A DNA stretch of 64,000 bases from Candidatus Kapaibacterium sp. (GTDB taxonomy: Bacteria > Bacteroidota > Ignavibacteria > Palsa-1295). The notes under the pieces are model-generated. The model saw only the letters and a program-made list of their open reading frames with translations, was not told the DNA's origin and did not search any database. A program made the translations under genes and the position numbers. The stretch's first letter is position 1. Every line of letters starts with the position of its first letter. Below, piece after piece: positions 20,001-26,701 of this stretch. The DNA lies in NCBI GenBank assembly GCA_038210275.1, contig JBBQWV010000016.1, forward strand, positions 5,447 through 69,446. The letters are read 5' to 3'.

Positions 20001-23000
20001 CCGATCAGTTACAATTCCAGGGTACGAGTACTGGCTTAAGCACTTTCCAAGCCGGTGTTCAGGGTGCAAATACATTTAATTACACGCTACCAATTACGAC
20101 TCCGACTGTAAATCAAGTTCTTACTGCAAGTGCAGTCAGCGGTGCAGGTCCTTTTGCCGTTACTCTTTCCTGGGCAGCTGCAGCGGCGGCAGGATCGTAT
20201 GTTAATTATAACACTGCTTCGATTCAAAATACCGCTGTTATTACTTCTCCAAATTACTTATTTAATGTAGCCTACGCCGCAAGTGCCACAGCAAATAATG
20301 CACTTGGTGGAGTGATTACTGCTGCAAGCGGAACATCTGCGGCAACAAATGCGACCGGACTTGCAGTTACTGCAACAGCAAACGGAGCGGGCACTTCAAC
20401 AGGTCTGAATGTCACAGCCAGTGGTGGAACAACAAATTATGCTGCATTATTTAATGGTGGTAGAGTAGGTATCGGCAATGCAACACCGACGCAATTACTT
20501 GAAGTCAAGAGTGGTAATCTTTTACTCTCGAATGCAGGTGCGGCTGATCAGTTGCAATTTCAAGGAACAAGCACCGGAATATCCACATTCCAAGCAGGAG
20601 CGCAGGGAGCAACAAATATAAATTACACTCTTCCTCTTGCTGCTCCTGTTGCCAATAATTATGTACTCACTGCAACGACGGGTGGCGTGATGAGTTGGAC
20701 AGACCCAGCAGCACTTCCTCCGAATGATTGGCATTTAACAGGTAATAGTGCTACGACAGCTTATAACGGAGCTACAGGTAATTTCATTGGTACGACGGAT
20801 GCACAACCATTTGTCTTAGGTACAACATTTACGACAACATCTCAACCGATCGAATTTTTTACGAACAACACGGAGAAGATGCGTTTGCTGCCATCGGGTA
20901 ATCTTGGTATCGGACAGACAAATCCAACACAGCTTCTTGAAGTCCGCAATGGTAATTTACTTCTCTCGAATTCAGCGACTGCCGATCAGTTACAATTCCA
21001 AGGTACGAGTACAGGGCTGAGTACTTTCGCAGCAGGAGTTCAGGGAGCGAATACTTTTAATTACACACTGCCGATCACAACACCGACTGTAAATCAAGTT
21101 CTCACAGCAAGTGCAGTCAGCGGTGCAGGACCTTTTGCCGTTACTCTTTCCTGGGCAGCTGCAGCGGCGGCAGGATCGTATGTAAATTATAATACTGCTT
21201 CTGTACAGAATACCGCTGTTATTACTTCTCCAAATTACTTATTTGATGTTGCTTACGCAGCAAGTGCTACGGCTAATAATGCACTCGGTGCGATCATCAG
21301 TTCTTCAAGCGGTACATCTGCGGCAACCAATGCAACGGGTCTTGCTGTCACTGCAACAGCAAATGGAGCAGGCACTTCAACCGGTTTAAATGTTACTGCC
21401 GGTGGTGGTACAACAAATTACGCAGCATTGTTCAATGGCGGTAGAGTAGGTATTGGAAATGCCGCCCCGGCGACCGGGCTCGATCTTTCCTCTGATTTTG
21501 CAACACGTGAATTGAATTATGCAACTGCAATGCCTGCTTCAAGCAATGACGTGAATTTTGACGCATCAGGAAATCTGATAAGTCTTGTACGTATTGCAAA
21601 TGCTGCTGCACCATTTACTATAACCGGTTTTGCCGGAGGGCGGAACGGTAAGATGTTAACGGTATATAATGCTACGGGTCAGGCATTGTCTATTGCAAAT
21701 CAAAGCGCATCGAGTGTAGCCGCAAATAGAGTTATTACCGGAACGGCCGCAAACGTTGTCCTTCAATCTGGAAGTAGTGTTGATTTTAAATACAGCCCGA
21801 CTGATGCTCGCTGGTTCATCGCTTCACTGAATGACCTCAGTCAGCTGCCCGGTATGTTTGTAAATTACAATACTGCAACTGCTCAGAATACGGCAGTAAT
21901 AACTTCTGCAAATTATCTTTACAATATTGCTTATGCTGCAAGTGCTACAACCAATAATGCACTTGGGGCTTTAATTACTTCGGCAAGTGGCACCTCCGGT
22001 GCTACAAATGCAACGGGACTTGGTATTGTTTCTACAGCAAATGGAGCAGGAACATCCACCGGTTTGAATGTAAATGTGAGTGGCGGCACGACGAACTATG
22101 CAGCATTATTCAATGGTGGTAATGTCGGAATAGGGCAAACCGCTCCAACACAGTTGCTTGAAGTCAAGAACGGTAATTTACTTCTTTCAAATTCCGCAAC
22201 TGCTGATCAATTACAATTCCAAGGAACAAGTACTGGTTTAAGCACTTTCCAAGCCGGTGTACAGGGAGCGAATACTTTTAATTACACACTGCCGATCACA
22301 ACGCCGACTGTAAATCAAGTTCTCACAGCAAGTGCAGTCAGCGGAGCGAGTCCTTATGCTGTAACTCTTTCATGGGCAGCAGCAGGTGGAGGATCATTCG
22401 TTAATTATAATACTGCTGCGGTTCAGAACAGCGCAATTATTACTTCTCCTAATTATCTGTTTAATGTTGCCTATGCTGCAAGTGCAACAACGAATAATGC
22501 GTTAGGCGGAGTCATCAGTTCAGTCGGTGGAACATCAGGAAATACAAATGCGACAGGTCTTGCTATTACTGCAACAGCCCATAGTACCGGAACATCTACA
22601 GGATTGAATGTTAACGCTAGTGGTGGTACAAATAATTATGCAGCACTCTTCCAAAGTGGTAGGGTTGCCATCGGTAATGCAGCACCTGCGACAGGACTTG
22701 ATCTCAGTTCTGATTTTGCAACTCGTGAATATAATTATGCTACCTCACTTGTTGGTACAAAAAATGATGTAAACTTTGACGGCGCAAATAATTCGATCAG
22801 CTTTGTTCGCCTTGCTACAGCATCAGGTGGATTTACTTTGACAGGTTTCACCGGTGGTCAAAACGGAAAACGACTAACGATCTATAACGGAACTGCGCAA
22901 ACGATGACGATTGCCAATCAAAGTGCAAGCAGTGTTGCTGCGAATAGGATCATCACAGGAACACAGGTGAATATTCCTATTCCAACGGGCGGATCTTGCG

Positions 23001-24757
23001 ACATGGTTTATAGCACAACAGAATCACGCTGGATTATAAGTTCGACAAGCGGAGTATCAGGATGGCTCTATACCGGCAACAGCGGATTAACCGACAACGT
23101 TAATAACTATCATGGCACATTAGACGATATACCGATTCGATTCGTTGCAGGCGCTTCCGGCGCTCCGAGTACAAAGATGTTGCTTGATATTAATGGCAAC
23201 TTGTTATTCGGACCGAATTCCGGAGCAACAAGCTTCCCTGCAGGAACGGCAGGTCGTTTAGCATTTGGTGATAATCTCAATACAGTCCGATTAGGAAGCG
23301 TACCCACATTCGGAACGCGTATATTTAATATGATAGATCAAAGTGCTGTACTTCGCGTGTGGCGTTTCAATAGCAATGCTGGTGGTACTGATCCAGCGAT
23401 TGAATTGATTGGCGGTACGAATGACGACCAAGGCAATTCTGCCAATCATTGGTGGGACGTTTATGCAACAGGTACTCCCGGTGTTGCTGGAACCGGAACC
23501 GGTGGAGGTTACGGTGAGCATATGGCATTCCGTCGTCGTACCGGTGCACATGATTCTGAGTATCTGAGTGTTTTCGCAGGGGGCAATATTGGAATCGGTA
23601 ATAATGGAGTGAATGGTGTCGCAACTCCGGATACTCGATTGGTCGTAAGACAAGTTGACGGTGCAACAAGCACTATTTCAAATCTTGTATCTTTGTATCA
23701 CTCTTCCAGCGCGGGAAATGGCATTACCAGTGGTTTTGGATCAGGACTTGTTTTTAAAGCGGAGGATACAACGGTAGATAATCAGGAAATGGCACGAATT
23801 GCAGCTATTTGGACAAACACCGTTGATGCGAGTCGCACAGGAGCGTTGACTTTCTCCACTGTGAATAACGGTCTTGCCGAAGCTGAAAGAGTCCGTATTT
23901 CGGGTGTTGGGTATGTTGGTGTTGGAACTACCACACCTGCCGTCAGCATGGACATCAATGGAGCGCTGGCAACGGAGGCGACAAATATTGCTCTCTCGAA
24001 TGGTACAAATAATAACTTAGCACTAACGAATCAATCTTTTGCACGAATTACTGGACCAACAGCAGCATTTACTGTTACCGGTGTTGCAGGTGGTGTGGAT
24101 GGACAGATACTGAGGATTGAAAATACTACTGCTCAGAATATGACGATCTCTCATAGTAGCGCTTCATCCACCGCAGGTAACCGTATTTATTCTCCAAGTG
24201 GATCCGATGTCGTTCTCAAAGGACAGAATTCTTCAGCTGAGTTGATCTACGATGCGACCAATACGCAATGGGTTTTGACAAACTCGAATTCAAACCAGAT
24301 TACCGGTCCTATCGGCTCTATTGCGTATATGACAAAAGCAGCAGATCAGAGTGTGACCAATTCGGCAGTGCTTGCTAATGACGCAGATATTTCATTCTCA
24401 ACCAATCCGAATGAAACATGGGAGATTCATGGTGAACTTCATGCAGATAATACTGTAGCAAACTCGAATATCAAGATTGCATTTACTATACCCGCTGGTT
24501 CCACAATGAAAATTTATTATACCGGCATCCAAGATGGAGGAGTCTCAGCTGGTGCATCAATCCTCACTGCCTCTGGTGTTGCAAAAACTATTACGATTGC
24601 TGCAGGTGCTGTTTCGACTTATATCCAACTTCATGGAATTGTCAGGAATGGCGGAACTGGTGGCACAGTGCAACTCAAATGGGCACAAGGAACTGCTAAT
24701 GCCCAGTCAACCATCCTTCGTCAGGATTCTTTCATCAAAGCAGTGCGCGTGAACTAA
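11003..24757 (+). CDS. Giant (4,584 aa) secreted tail-fibre-like repeat protein; surface fibre/adhesin candidate
   Basis: Single uninterrupted 13.7-kb ORF with signal peptide MILKKFSVFYVLFFICLTATIVRGQA. Roughly twenty copies of module A (NVGIGQ.(S/A)P(S/T)QLLEVRNGN(L/F)LLSNSG.ADQLQFQGTS.G.TTFQAG.QG..N.NYTLP...). These interleave with module B (NYLFNVAYA...GATNRSA.GLAVTATATGTGTSTGLNVTAGGG.TNYAALFNGG) and module C (ASAWNGAAGNFLGTTSTQPLVVATTNTTTPQPIEFFTNN.EKMRL). A distinct C-terminal ~1,100 aa follows. Confidence 0.85.
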   Translation: MILKKFSVFYVLFFICLTATIVRGQASMQRGVRISNANGNIVTIQTGIAPQTYSLVLPLTSNPSLTTASVLYGLGTGNLTWTDITGVADGWLLALKTSGGNLVPTWIDPTTIGAWALNGNATISAWNGSAGNFLGTTSAQPLVVATTNSTPQDIIFMTGNTEKMRLLGSGELGIGLSPVSGRLLDVGGTSGTANIRFTSLSGADLNTALAATDGLVIADNNGDLTKRSPSILGTVLAGSYVQYDLAGTQNISATRPDYLFNVAYANAASDANAAGAVITSASGATNRSAAGLAVTATATGTGTSTGLNVTAGGGATNYAALFNGGRVGIGQSTPSQLLEVRDGNLFLSNSGTASQLQLQGTGTGLSTLQAGAQGTNIFNLTLPTSTPSANQVLGVNAISGAGPYAITLGWQNIISGSFVNYNTTSVQNSGVITSPNYLFNVAYAGSATTNDALGAVISSVGGTSGATNATGLAVTATANSTGTSTALNVTAGGGSTNYAALFNGGKVGIGQSAPTQLLEVRNGNFLLSNSGTADQLQFQGTSSGITTFQAGAQGATNINYTLPTSASAANGYVLASTTGGVMSWTDPSALVSSNYWSLAGNAIASAWNGAAGSFLGTTSTQPLVVATTNTTTPQPIEFFTNNAEKMRLTSAGNLGINQTNPSQLLDVANGNILLSNSGTAGQLQFQGTSSGITSLQAGAQGANTYNVTFPITTPAANQVLGVSAISGAGPYSIALGWQNVFSGSFVNYNTASAQNTAIITSPNYLFNVAYTSSATTNNALGAVITSVGGTSGATNASGLAVTATANGAGTSTGLNVTASGGTTNYAALFSGGNVGIGQVSPTQLLEVRNGNFLLSNSGTADQLQFQGTSTGITTFQAGVQGATNINYTLPTAAAVANGYVLSSTTGGVMSWSDPSSLIASNYWSLTGNATASAWNGAAGNFLGTTSTQPLVVATTNTTTPQPIEFFTNNVESARIASTGEFGIGLTPTAGRLLHVAGTGGTANIRFNSLSGADLNTALAATDGLVIADNNGDLTKRSPSVLGTALTGSYVQYDISSQQSISVTRANNLFNVAYNAAATDANAAGAIISSVGGATNRSANGLAVTATATGTGTSTGLNVTAGGGGTNYAALFSGGNVGIGQATPTQLLELRNGNFLLSNSGSADQLQFQGTSTGITTFQAGVQGATNINYTLPISAAAANNYVMASTTAGVLSWVDASTITNDWHLIGNATASAWNGAAGNFLGTTSTQPLVVATTNTTTPQPIEFFTNNTEKMRLLPSGNFGIGQTNPSQLLEVRNGNFLLSNSGSADQLQFQGTSTGITTFQAGVQGATNINYTLPISAAAANNYVMASTIAGVLSWVDASTITNDWHLIGNATASAWNGAAGNFLGTTSTQPLVVATTNTTTPQPIEFFTNNTEKMRLLPSGNLGIGQTNPSQLLEVRNGNLLLSNSGSADQLQFQGTGAGTTSFLAGAQGVTNLTYTLPISAPSANSLFYSLGGAASNLSWSNAGSNGQILTVTGGVPSWQNASILNGNFVLYDVTTPQNLSVTRTDNLFNVAYAAGANDANAAGGVVTSVGGATNRSATGLSVTATATGTGTSTGLNVTSGGGGTNYAALFNGGNVGIGQAAPTQLLEVRNGNLLLSNSGSADQLQFQGTSTGLTTFQAGVQGATNINYTLPISAAAANNYVMASTTTGTLSWVDVSTITNDWHLIGNATGSAWNGAAGSFLGTTSTQPLVVATTNTTTPQPIEFFTNNAEKMRIASSGNVGINQTNPSQLLEVRNGNLLISNSGSSGQLQLQGSSTGASTFLAGSQGAVNINYTLPVSSPSANSLLYSSGGATNNLVWSNTGSNGQILIVTAGVPSWQNSNTLTGFVLYDVTTPQNSSVTRTDNLFNLAYGAGANDVNAAGAVISSTGGATNRSATALSLTSAATGTGTSTGLSVTASGGTTQTAIIATGNINLLSAGGVASNLSLQNPAGTFASSFTSGTQAANINYTLPISVAASNGYVLSSSTTGSLSWVDATTVTNDWHLIGNATGSAWNGAAGSFLGTTSTQPLVIATTNTTTPQPIEFFTNNTEKMRLLPSGNFGIGQTNPSQLFEVRNGNFLLSNSGASDQLQFQGTGSGITTFAAGAQGVTNLNYTLPISAPVANSLLYSSGGAASNLSWSNTGTAGQILTITGGIPSWQNSNTLTGFVLYDVTTPQNSSVTRTDNLFNLAYGAGGNDANAAGAVISSTGGATNRSATALSLTSTATGTGTSTGLSITSSGGTTQTAISATGNINLLSAGGLASSFSLQNPAGTFATSFSAGAQIANIGYTLPTAGAAANGYVLSATTTGVLSWSNPTVLLSNNYWTLSGNSGTTAYNGATGNFLGTTDAQPLVLATTFTATPQPIEFFANNLEKMRIAANGNVGIGQTNPSQLLELKNGNLLFSNTTGTADQLQLQGTAAGITTFAAGAQGATNLNYTLPILTPAASSLLYSSGGAASNLSWSNTGTAGQILTITGGIPSWQNSNTLTGFVLYDVTTPQNASVTRTDNLFNIAYGAGGNDANAAGAVITSVGGATNRNATGLSVTTTATGTGTSTGLNITTGGGTTNYAATFSGGNVGIGQVAPTQLLEVKNGNLLLSNSATADQLQFQGTSTGLSTFAAGVQGANTFNYTLPITTPSANQVLTATAVSGAGPFAVTLGWQNASGSFVNYNTATVQNSAVITSPNYLFNAAYAASATANNALGGVITSASGTSAATNATGLAVTATANGAGTSTALNVTAGGGTTNYAALFNGGNVGIGQATPSQLLEVRNGNLLLSNSGSADQLQFQGTSTGITTLQAGAQGVTSLNYTLPITAPAASSLLYSSGGAASNLSWSNTGSNGQILTITAGVPSWQNASALNGSFVQYDVTSAQNGSATRTDNLFNVAYAAGASDVNAAGAVITSVGGATNRNATGLSVTTTATGTGTSTGLNVTAGGGGTNYSALFNGGNVGIGQATPTQLLEVKNGNLLLSNSATADQLQFQGTSTGLSTFQAGVQGANTFNYTLPITTPTVNQVLTASAVSGAGPFAVTLSWAAAAAAGSYVNYNTASIQNTAVITSPNYLFNVAYAASATANNALGGVITAASGTSAATNATGLAVTATANGAGTSTGLNVTASGGTTNYAALFNGGRVGIGNATPTQLLEVKSGNLLLSNAGAADQLQFQGTSTGISTFQAGAQGATNINYTLPLAAPVANNYVLTATTGGVMSWTDPAALPPNDWHLTGNSATTAYNGATGNFIGTTDAQPFVLGTTFTTTSQPIEFFTNNTEKMRLLPSGNLGIGQTNPTQLLEVRNGNLLLSNSATADQLQFQGTSTGLSTFAAGVQGANTFNYTLPITTPTVNQVLTASAVSGAGPFAVTLSWAAAAAAGSYVNYNTASVQNTAVITSPNYLFDVAYAASATANNALGAIISSSSGTSAATNATGLAVTATANGAGTSTGLNVTAGGGTTNYAALFNGGRVGIGNAAPATGLDLSSDFATRELNYATAMPASSNDVNFDASGNLISLVRIANAAAPFTITGFAGGRNGKMLTVYNATGQALSIANQSASSVAANRVITGTAANVVLQSGSSVDFKYSPTDARWFIASLNDLSQLPGMFVNYNTATAQNTAVITSANYLYNIAYAASATTNNALGALITSASGTSGATNATGLGIVSTANGAGTSTGLNVNVSGGTTNYAALFNGGNVGIGQTAPTQLLEVKNGNLLLSNSATADQLQFQGTSTGLSTFQAGVQGANTFNYTLPITTPTVNQVLTASAVSGASPYAVTLSWAAAGGGSFVNYNTAAVQNSAIITSPNYLFNVAYAASATTNNALGGVISSVGGTSGNTNATGLAITATAHSTGTSTGLNVNASGGTNNYAALFQSGRVAIGNAAPATGLDLSSDFATREYNYATSLVGTKNDVNFDGANNSISFVRLATASGGFTLTGFTGGQNGKRLTIYNGTAQTMTIANQSASSVAANRIITGTQVNIPIPTGGSCDMVYSTTESRWIISSTSGVSGWLYTGNSGLTDNVNNYHGTLDDIPIRFVAGASGAPSTKMLLDINGNLLFGPNSGATSFPAGTAGRLAFGDNLNTVRLGSVPTFGTRIFNMIDQSAVLRVWRFNSNAGGTDPAIELIGGTNDDQGNSANHWWDVYATGTPGVAGTGTGGGYGEHMAFRRRTGAHDSEYLSVFAGGNIGIGNNGVNGVATPDTRLVVRQVDGATSTISNLVSLYHSSSAGNGITSGFGSGLVFKAEDTTVDNQEMARIAAIWTNTVDASRTGALTFSTVNNGLAEAERVRISGVGYVGVGTTTPAVSMDINGALATEATNIALSNGTNNNLALTNQSFARITGPTAAFTVTGVAGGVDGQILRIENTTAQNMTISHSSASSTAGNRIYSPSGSDVVLKGQNSSAELIYDATNTQWVLTNSNSNQITGPIGSIAYMTKAADQSVTNSAVLANDADISFSTNPNETWEIHGELHADNTVANSNIKIAFTIPAGSTMKIYYTGIQDGGVSAGASILTASGVAKTITIAAGAVSTYIQLHGIVRNGGTGGTVQLKWAQGTANAQSTILRQDSFIKAVRVN
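14456..15325 (+). repeat. Two tandem 435-bp units (14456-14890, 14891-15325), ~95% identical, inside the giant ORF; a further degenerate unit starts at 15326
   Basis: Direct comparison shows long identical runs, e.g. gggataacaactttccaagcaggggtgcaaggtgcgacgaatatcaattacacgcttccaatttcagctgcagc at 14519 and 14954. The units encode LLEVRNGNFLLSNSGSADQLQFQGTSTGITTFQAGVQGATNINYTLPISAAAANNYVMAST(T/I)AGVLSWVDASTITNDWHLIGNATASAWNG... Confidence 0.85.
18640..22440 (+). repeat. Dispersed near-identical direct repeats inside the giant ORF (e.g. ~18650 vs ~19790; ~20102 vs ~21083 vs ~22300)
   Basis: A ~100-nt stretch gcagtaataacttctgtcggcggagccacgaatagaaatgcaacaggtctttc.gtgacaacaactgcaaccggcaccggtacctcgacaggattgaat recurs ~1.14 kb apart. 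A ~75-nt identical stretch ...gcaagtgcagtcagcggtgcagg.ccttttgccgttactctttcctgggcagctgcagcggcggcaggatcgtatgt recurs 981 bp apart. Confidence 0.8.
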
Positions 24758-24859
24758 TTAGTGAAGGTCGTCTTAGGTCAAAAACTCTGCTCTTGATAGG
24801 ACTTACGTCGAATTCTCCGTATATTCGTCTTACGGATAATTGTCAAATCTGAAGTCACT

Positions 24860-25549
24860 ATGGAATTATTATTTGAAGGCGATCATCACGATCACCCCTA
24901 TGAGCACGGGACGATATTTTGTGTTGGCAGAAATTACGTAGAGCATATTCGAGAACTCGGCAGTGAAGTACCGAAAGATCCTGTCATATTCGTCAAGCCG
25001 GATTGTGCGCTGCGGCACGGATCGTATAACATTGCCGAGTATCCGCCGCAATCGCAGGAGCTTGAATTCGAAGGCGAACTTGTTCTGCTTCTTCGTGGAG
25101 GAGGACGAGACATACCGGCATTTAGTACCGCTGATATTATTGCAGGGTACGGAATAGGTTTGGACCTGACGTTGCGTGATTTACAGAATGAATTTAAAAA
25201 GAAGGGATTGCCCTGGACGCTTTCCAAAGGCTTTGATGGCTCGGCACAGATAAGTCATTTTCTTCCCTTCGAAGCAGCGCCGCCATTTGAAGAACTGGGC
25301 TTTTCACTATATATAAATGGTGAACTCAGGCAGAGAGCAACAACGAACCAGATGATCTTTTCGCCGGAGATGATGGTAAGTTTTCTTTCTCGGACTTGCT
25401 CGCTCAAAGCAGGTGATCTACTTTTTACCGGAACACCGAAAGGCTGCGGTAAACTGGCGATCGGAGATAAGATCGTGATGCAATTGCATACGCTCAATCC
25501 GAATGAGATATTGCTCGATTTTCACGTTGAAGTGATCGAGTGGAGATAG
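24860..25549 (+). CDS. Fumarylacetoacetate hydrolase (FAH) family protein
   Basis: Motifs IFCVGRNYVEHIRELG, VIFVKP, GELVLLL, GYGIGLDLTLRD and DLLFTGTPKG are the characteristic FAH-fold pattern. Size 229 aa. Confidence 0.85.
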   Translation: MELLFEGDHHDHPYEHGTIFCVGRNYVEHIRELGSEVPKDPVIFVKPDCALRHGSYNIAEYPPQSQELEFEGELVLLLRGGGRDIPAFSTADIIAGYGIGLDLTLRDLQNEFKKKGLPWTLSKGFDGSAQISHFLPFEAAPPFEELGFSLYINGELRQRATTNQMIFSPEMMVSFLSRTCSLKAGDLLFTGTPKGCGKLAIGDKIVMQLHTLNPNEILLDFHVEVIEWR

Positions 25550-25576
25550 GGGAAATGGATGAGAGTTGAAGGATGA

Positions 25577-26701
25577 ATGGAAAAATTACAATCGTTCGAG
25601 ATAGTAGTACTCGCAGCAACAGGAATATATTTTCTTGGCTTAGCGGCTTTTCTTCCGGGACTTCTCCGAGGTTTACGTCGTAAAAAAGAATTCCCATTTC
25701 AAACAACTCCTTCTGTTACCGTCCTGGTCTGCGCAAGAAACGAAGAAAAAAATCTGGATGGATGTCTTGCCTCGCTTTTGTCTCTGGACTACCCATCAGC
25801 GCTTCTCGAAATTCTGATCGTTGATGATCGCTCGACTGATGCGACAGCTCAGATGCTTGAAAGCTGGAAGAAGCAGTTTCCAAATCTTAAGACAATTTCC
25901 ACTGCGGATTTCGACGAGACGCAGCATCAAGGCAAGGTCAATGCGCTTATCAGAGGCATGGACGAAGCAAGCGGAGAGTTTGTCGTTATCACCGATGCCG
26001 ATTGTGCAGTCTGTCCGAATTGGGTGCGCGAGCATTTACGATGGTATGATAACGAAACCGGAATGGTATCGAGTATTACCGTACTTGATTCGATGAAGCC
26101 ATTTGATATTGCGCAGTCGCTGGAGATGACAGAACTGTTAGGGCTTTCCATGGCGGCGATCAATTATAGTATTCCTGTCTCTGTGATCGGCAATAATCTT
26201 TCAATTCGAAAAGCAGCATACGAGGAGATCGGTGGATACCGAAAAATTCCGTTTAGTGTGACAGAAGATGTTGCGCTTTTTCAATCAGTTTGGAATACCG
26301 AAAAATGGAAAGTCCGTTTCAAAGCCAATGACGATCTTCTTGTCCGAAGCCAGCCGCCGGGAAGTTTCAAAACGTGGTGGCGGCAGAAACATCGGTGGGT
26401 GATCGGCGGAAAAGATATTCGGGTGATGGGGAAGATCATTTTGCTACTTGGTTTTATCGGAGCGTTTACACTCATTGCTGCTCCGTTCGTTTTGCCTTTG
26501 AAATTAGCGCTGCTGGTAATTGCAGTAAAATTCTTCGGCGATTTACTTATTATTTATCCCACGCTTAGCGGGATGAAACAGATGAAGCTCATTTGGTTTT
26601 TGCCTGTGTATCAATTGTATCTTTTTTTCTTTTTGCTCTGCGTTCCGATTCTGTATCTTCAAAAAGAAGTTCGATGGAAGGGAAGAGTATATCATACATG
26701 A
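25577..26701 (+). CDS. Glycosyltransferase family 2, processive type (membrane-embedded)
   Basis: Two N-terminal TM segments, then VLVCARNEEKNLDGCL...ILIVDDRSTD, a DXD motif (ITDADC), and a Q/RxxRW motif (WWRQKHRWVIGG). Several C-terminal TM helices. Confidence 0.85.
   Translation: MEKLQSFEIVVLAATGIYFLGLAAFLPGLLRGLRRKKEFPFQTTPSVTVLVCARNEEKNLDGCLASLLSLDYPSALLEILIVDDRSTDATAQMLESWKKQFPNLKTISTADFDETQHQGKVNALIRGMDEASGEFVVITDADCAVCPNWVREHLRWYDNETGMVSSITVLDSMKPFDIAQSLEMTELLGLSMAAINYSIPVSVIGNNLSIRKAAYEEIGGYRKIPFSVTEDVALFQSVWNTEKWKVRFKANDDLLVRSQPPGSFKTWWRQKHRWVIGGKDIRVMGKIILLLGFIGAFTLIAAPFVLPLKLALLVIAVKFFGDLLIIYPTLSGMKQMKLIWFLPVYQLYLFFFLLCVPILYLQKEVRWKGRVYHT

Noticed and set aside
11215-23669. Numerous 60-126-aa ORFs antisense or out of frame within the giant gene (e.g. 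11215-11595 -, 16621-16974 -, 23291-23653 -)
   Set aside because: They are by-products of the Gly/Ala/Thr-rich repetitive codon usage on the sense strand. They lack starts with plausible RBS context and lack domains, and they are fully contained in a strongly supported CDS.
26593-26697. N-terminal extension of the 26593 ORF overlapping the GT2 gene by ~105 nt
   Set aside because: The extension has no start-site context. A canonical lipoprotein signal begins at the internal ATG at 26698, which overlaps the GT2 stop (ATGA). The longer ORF is an ORF-caller artefact.
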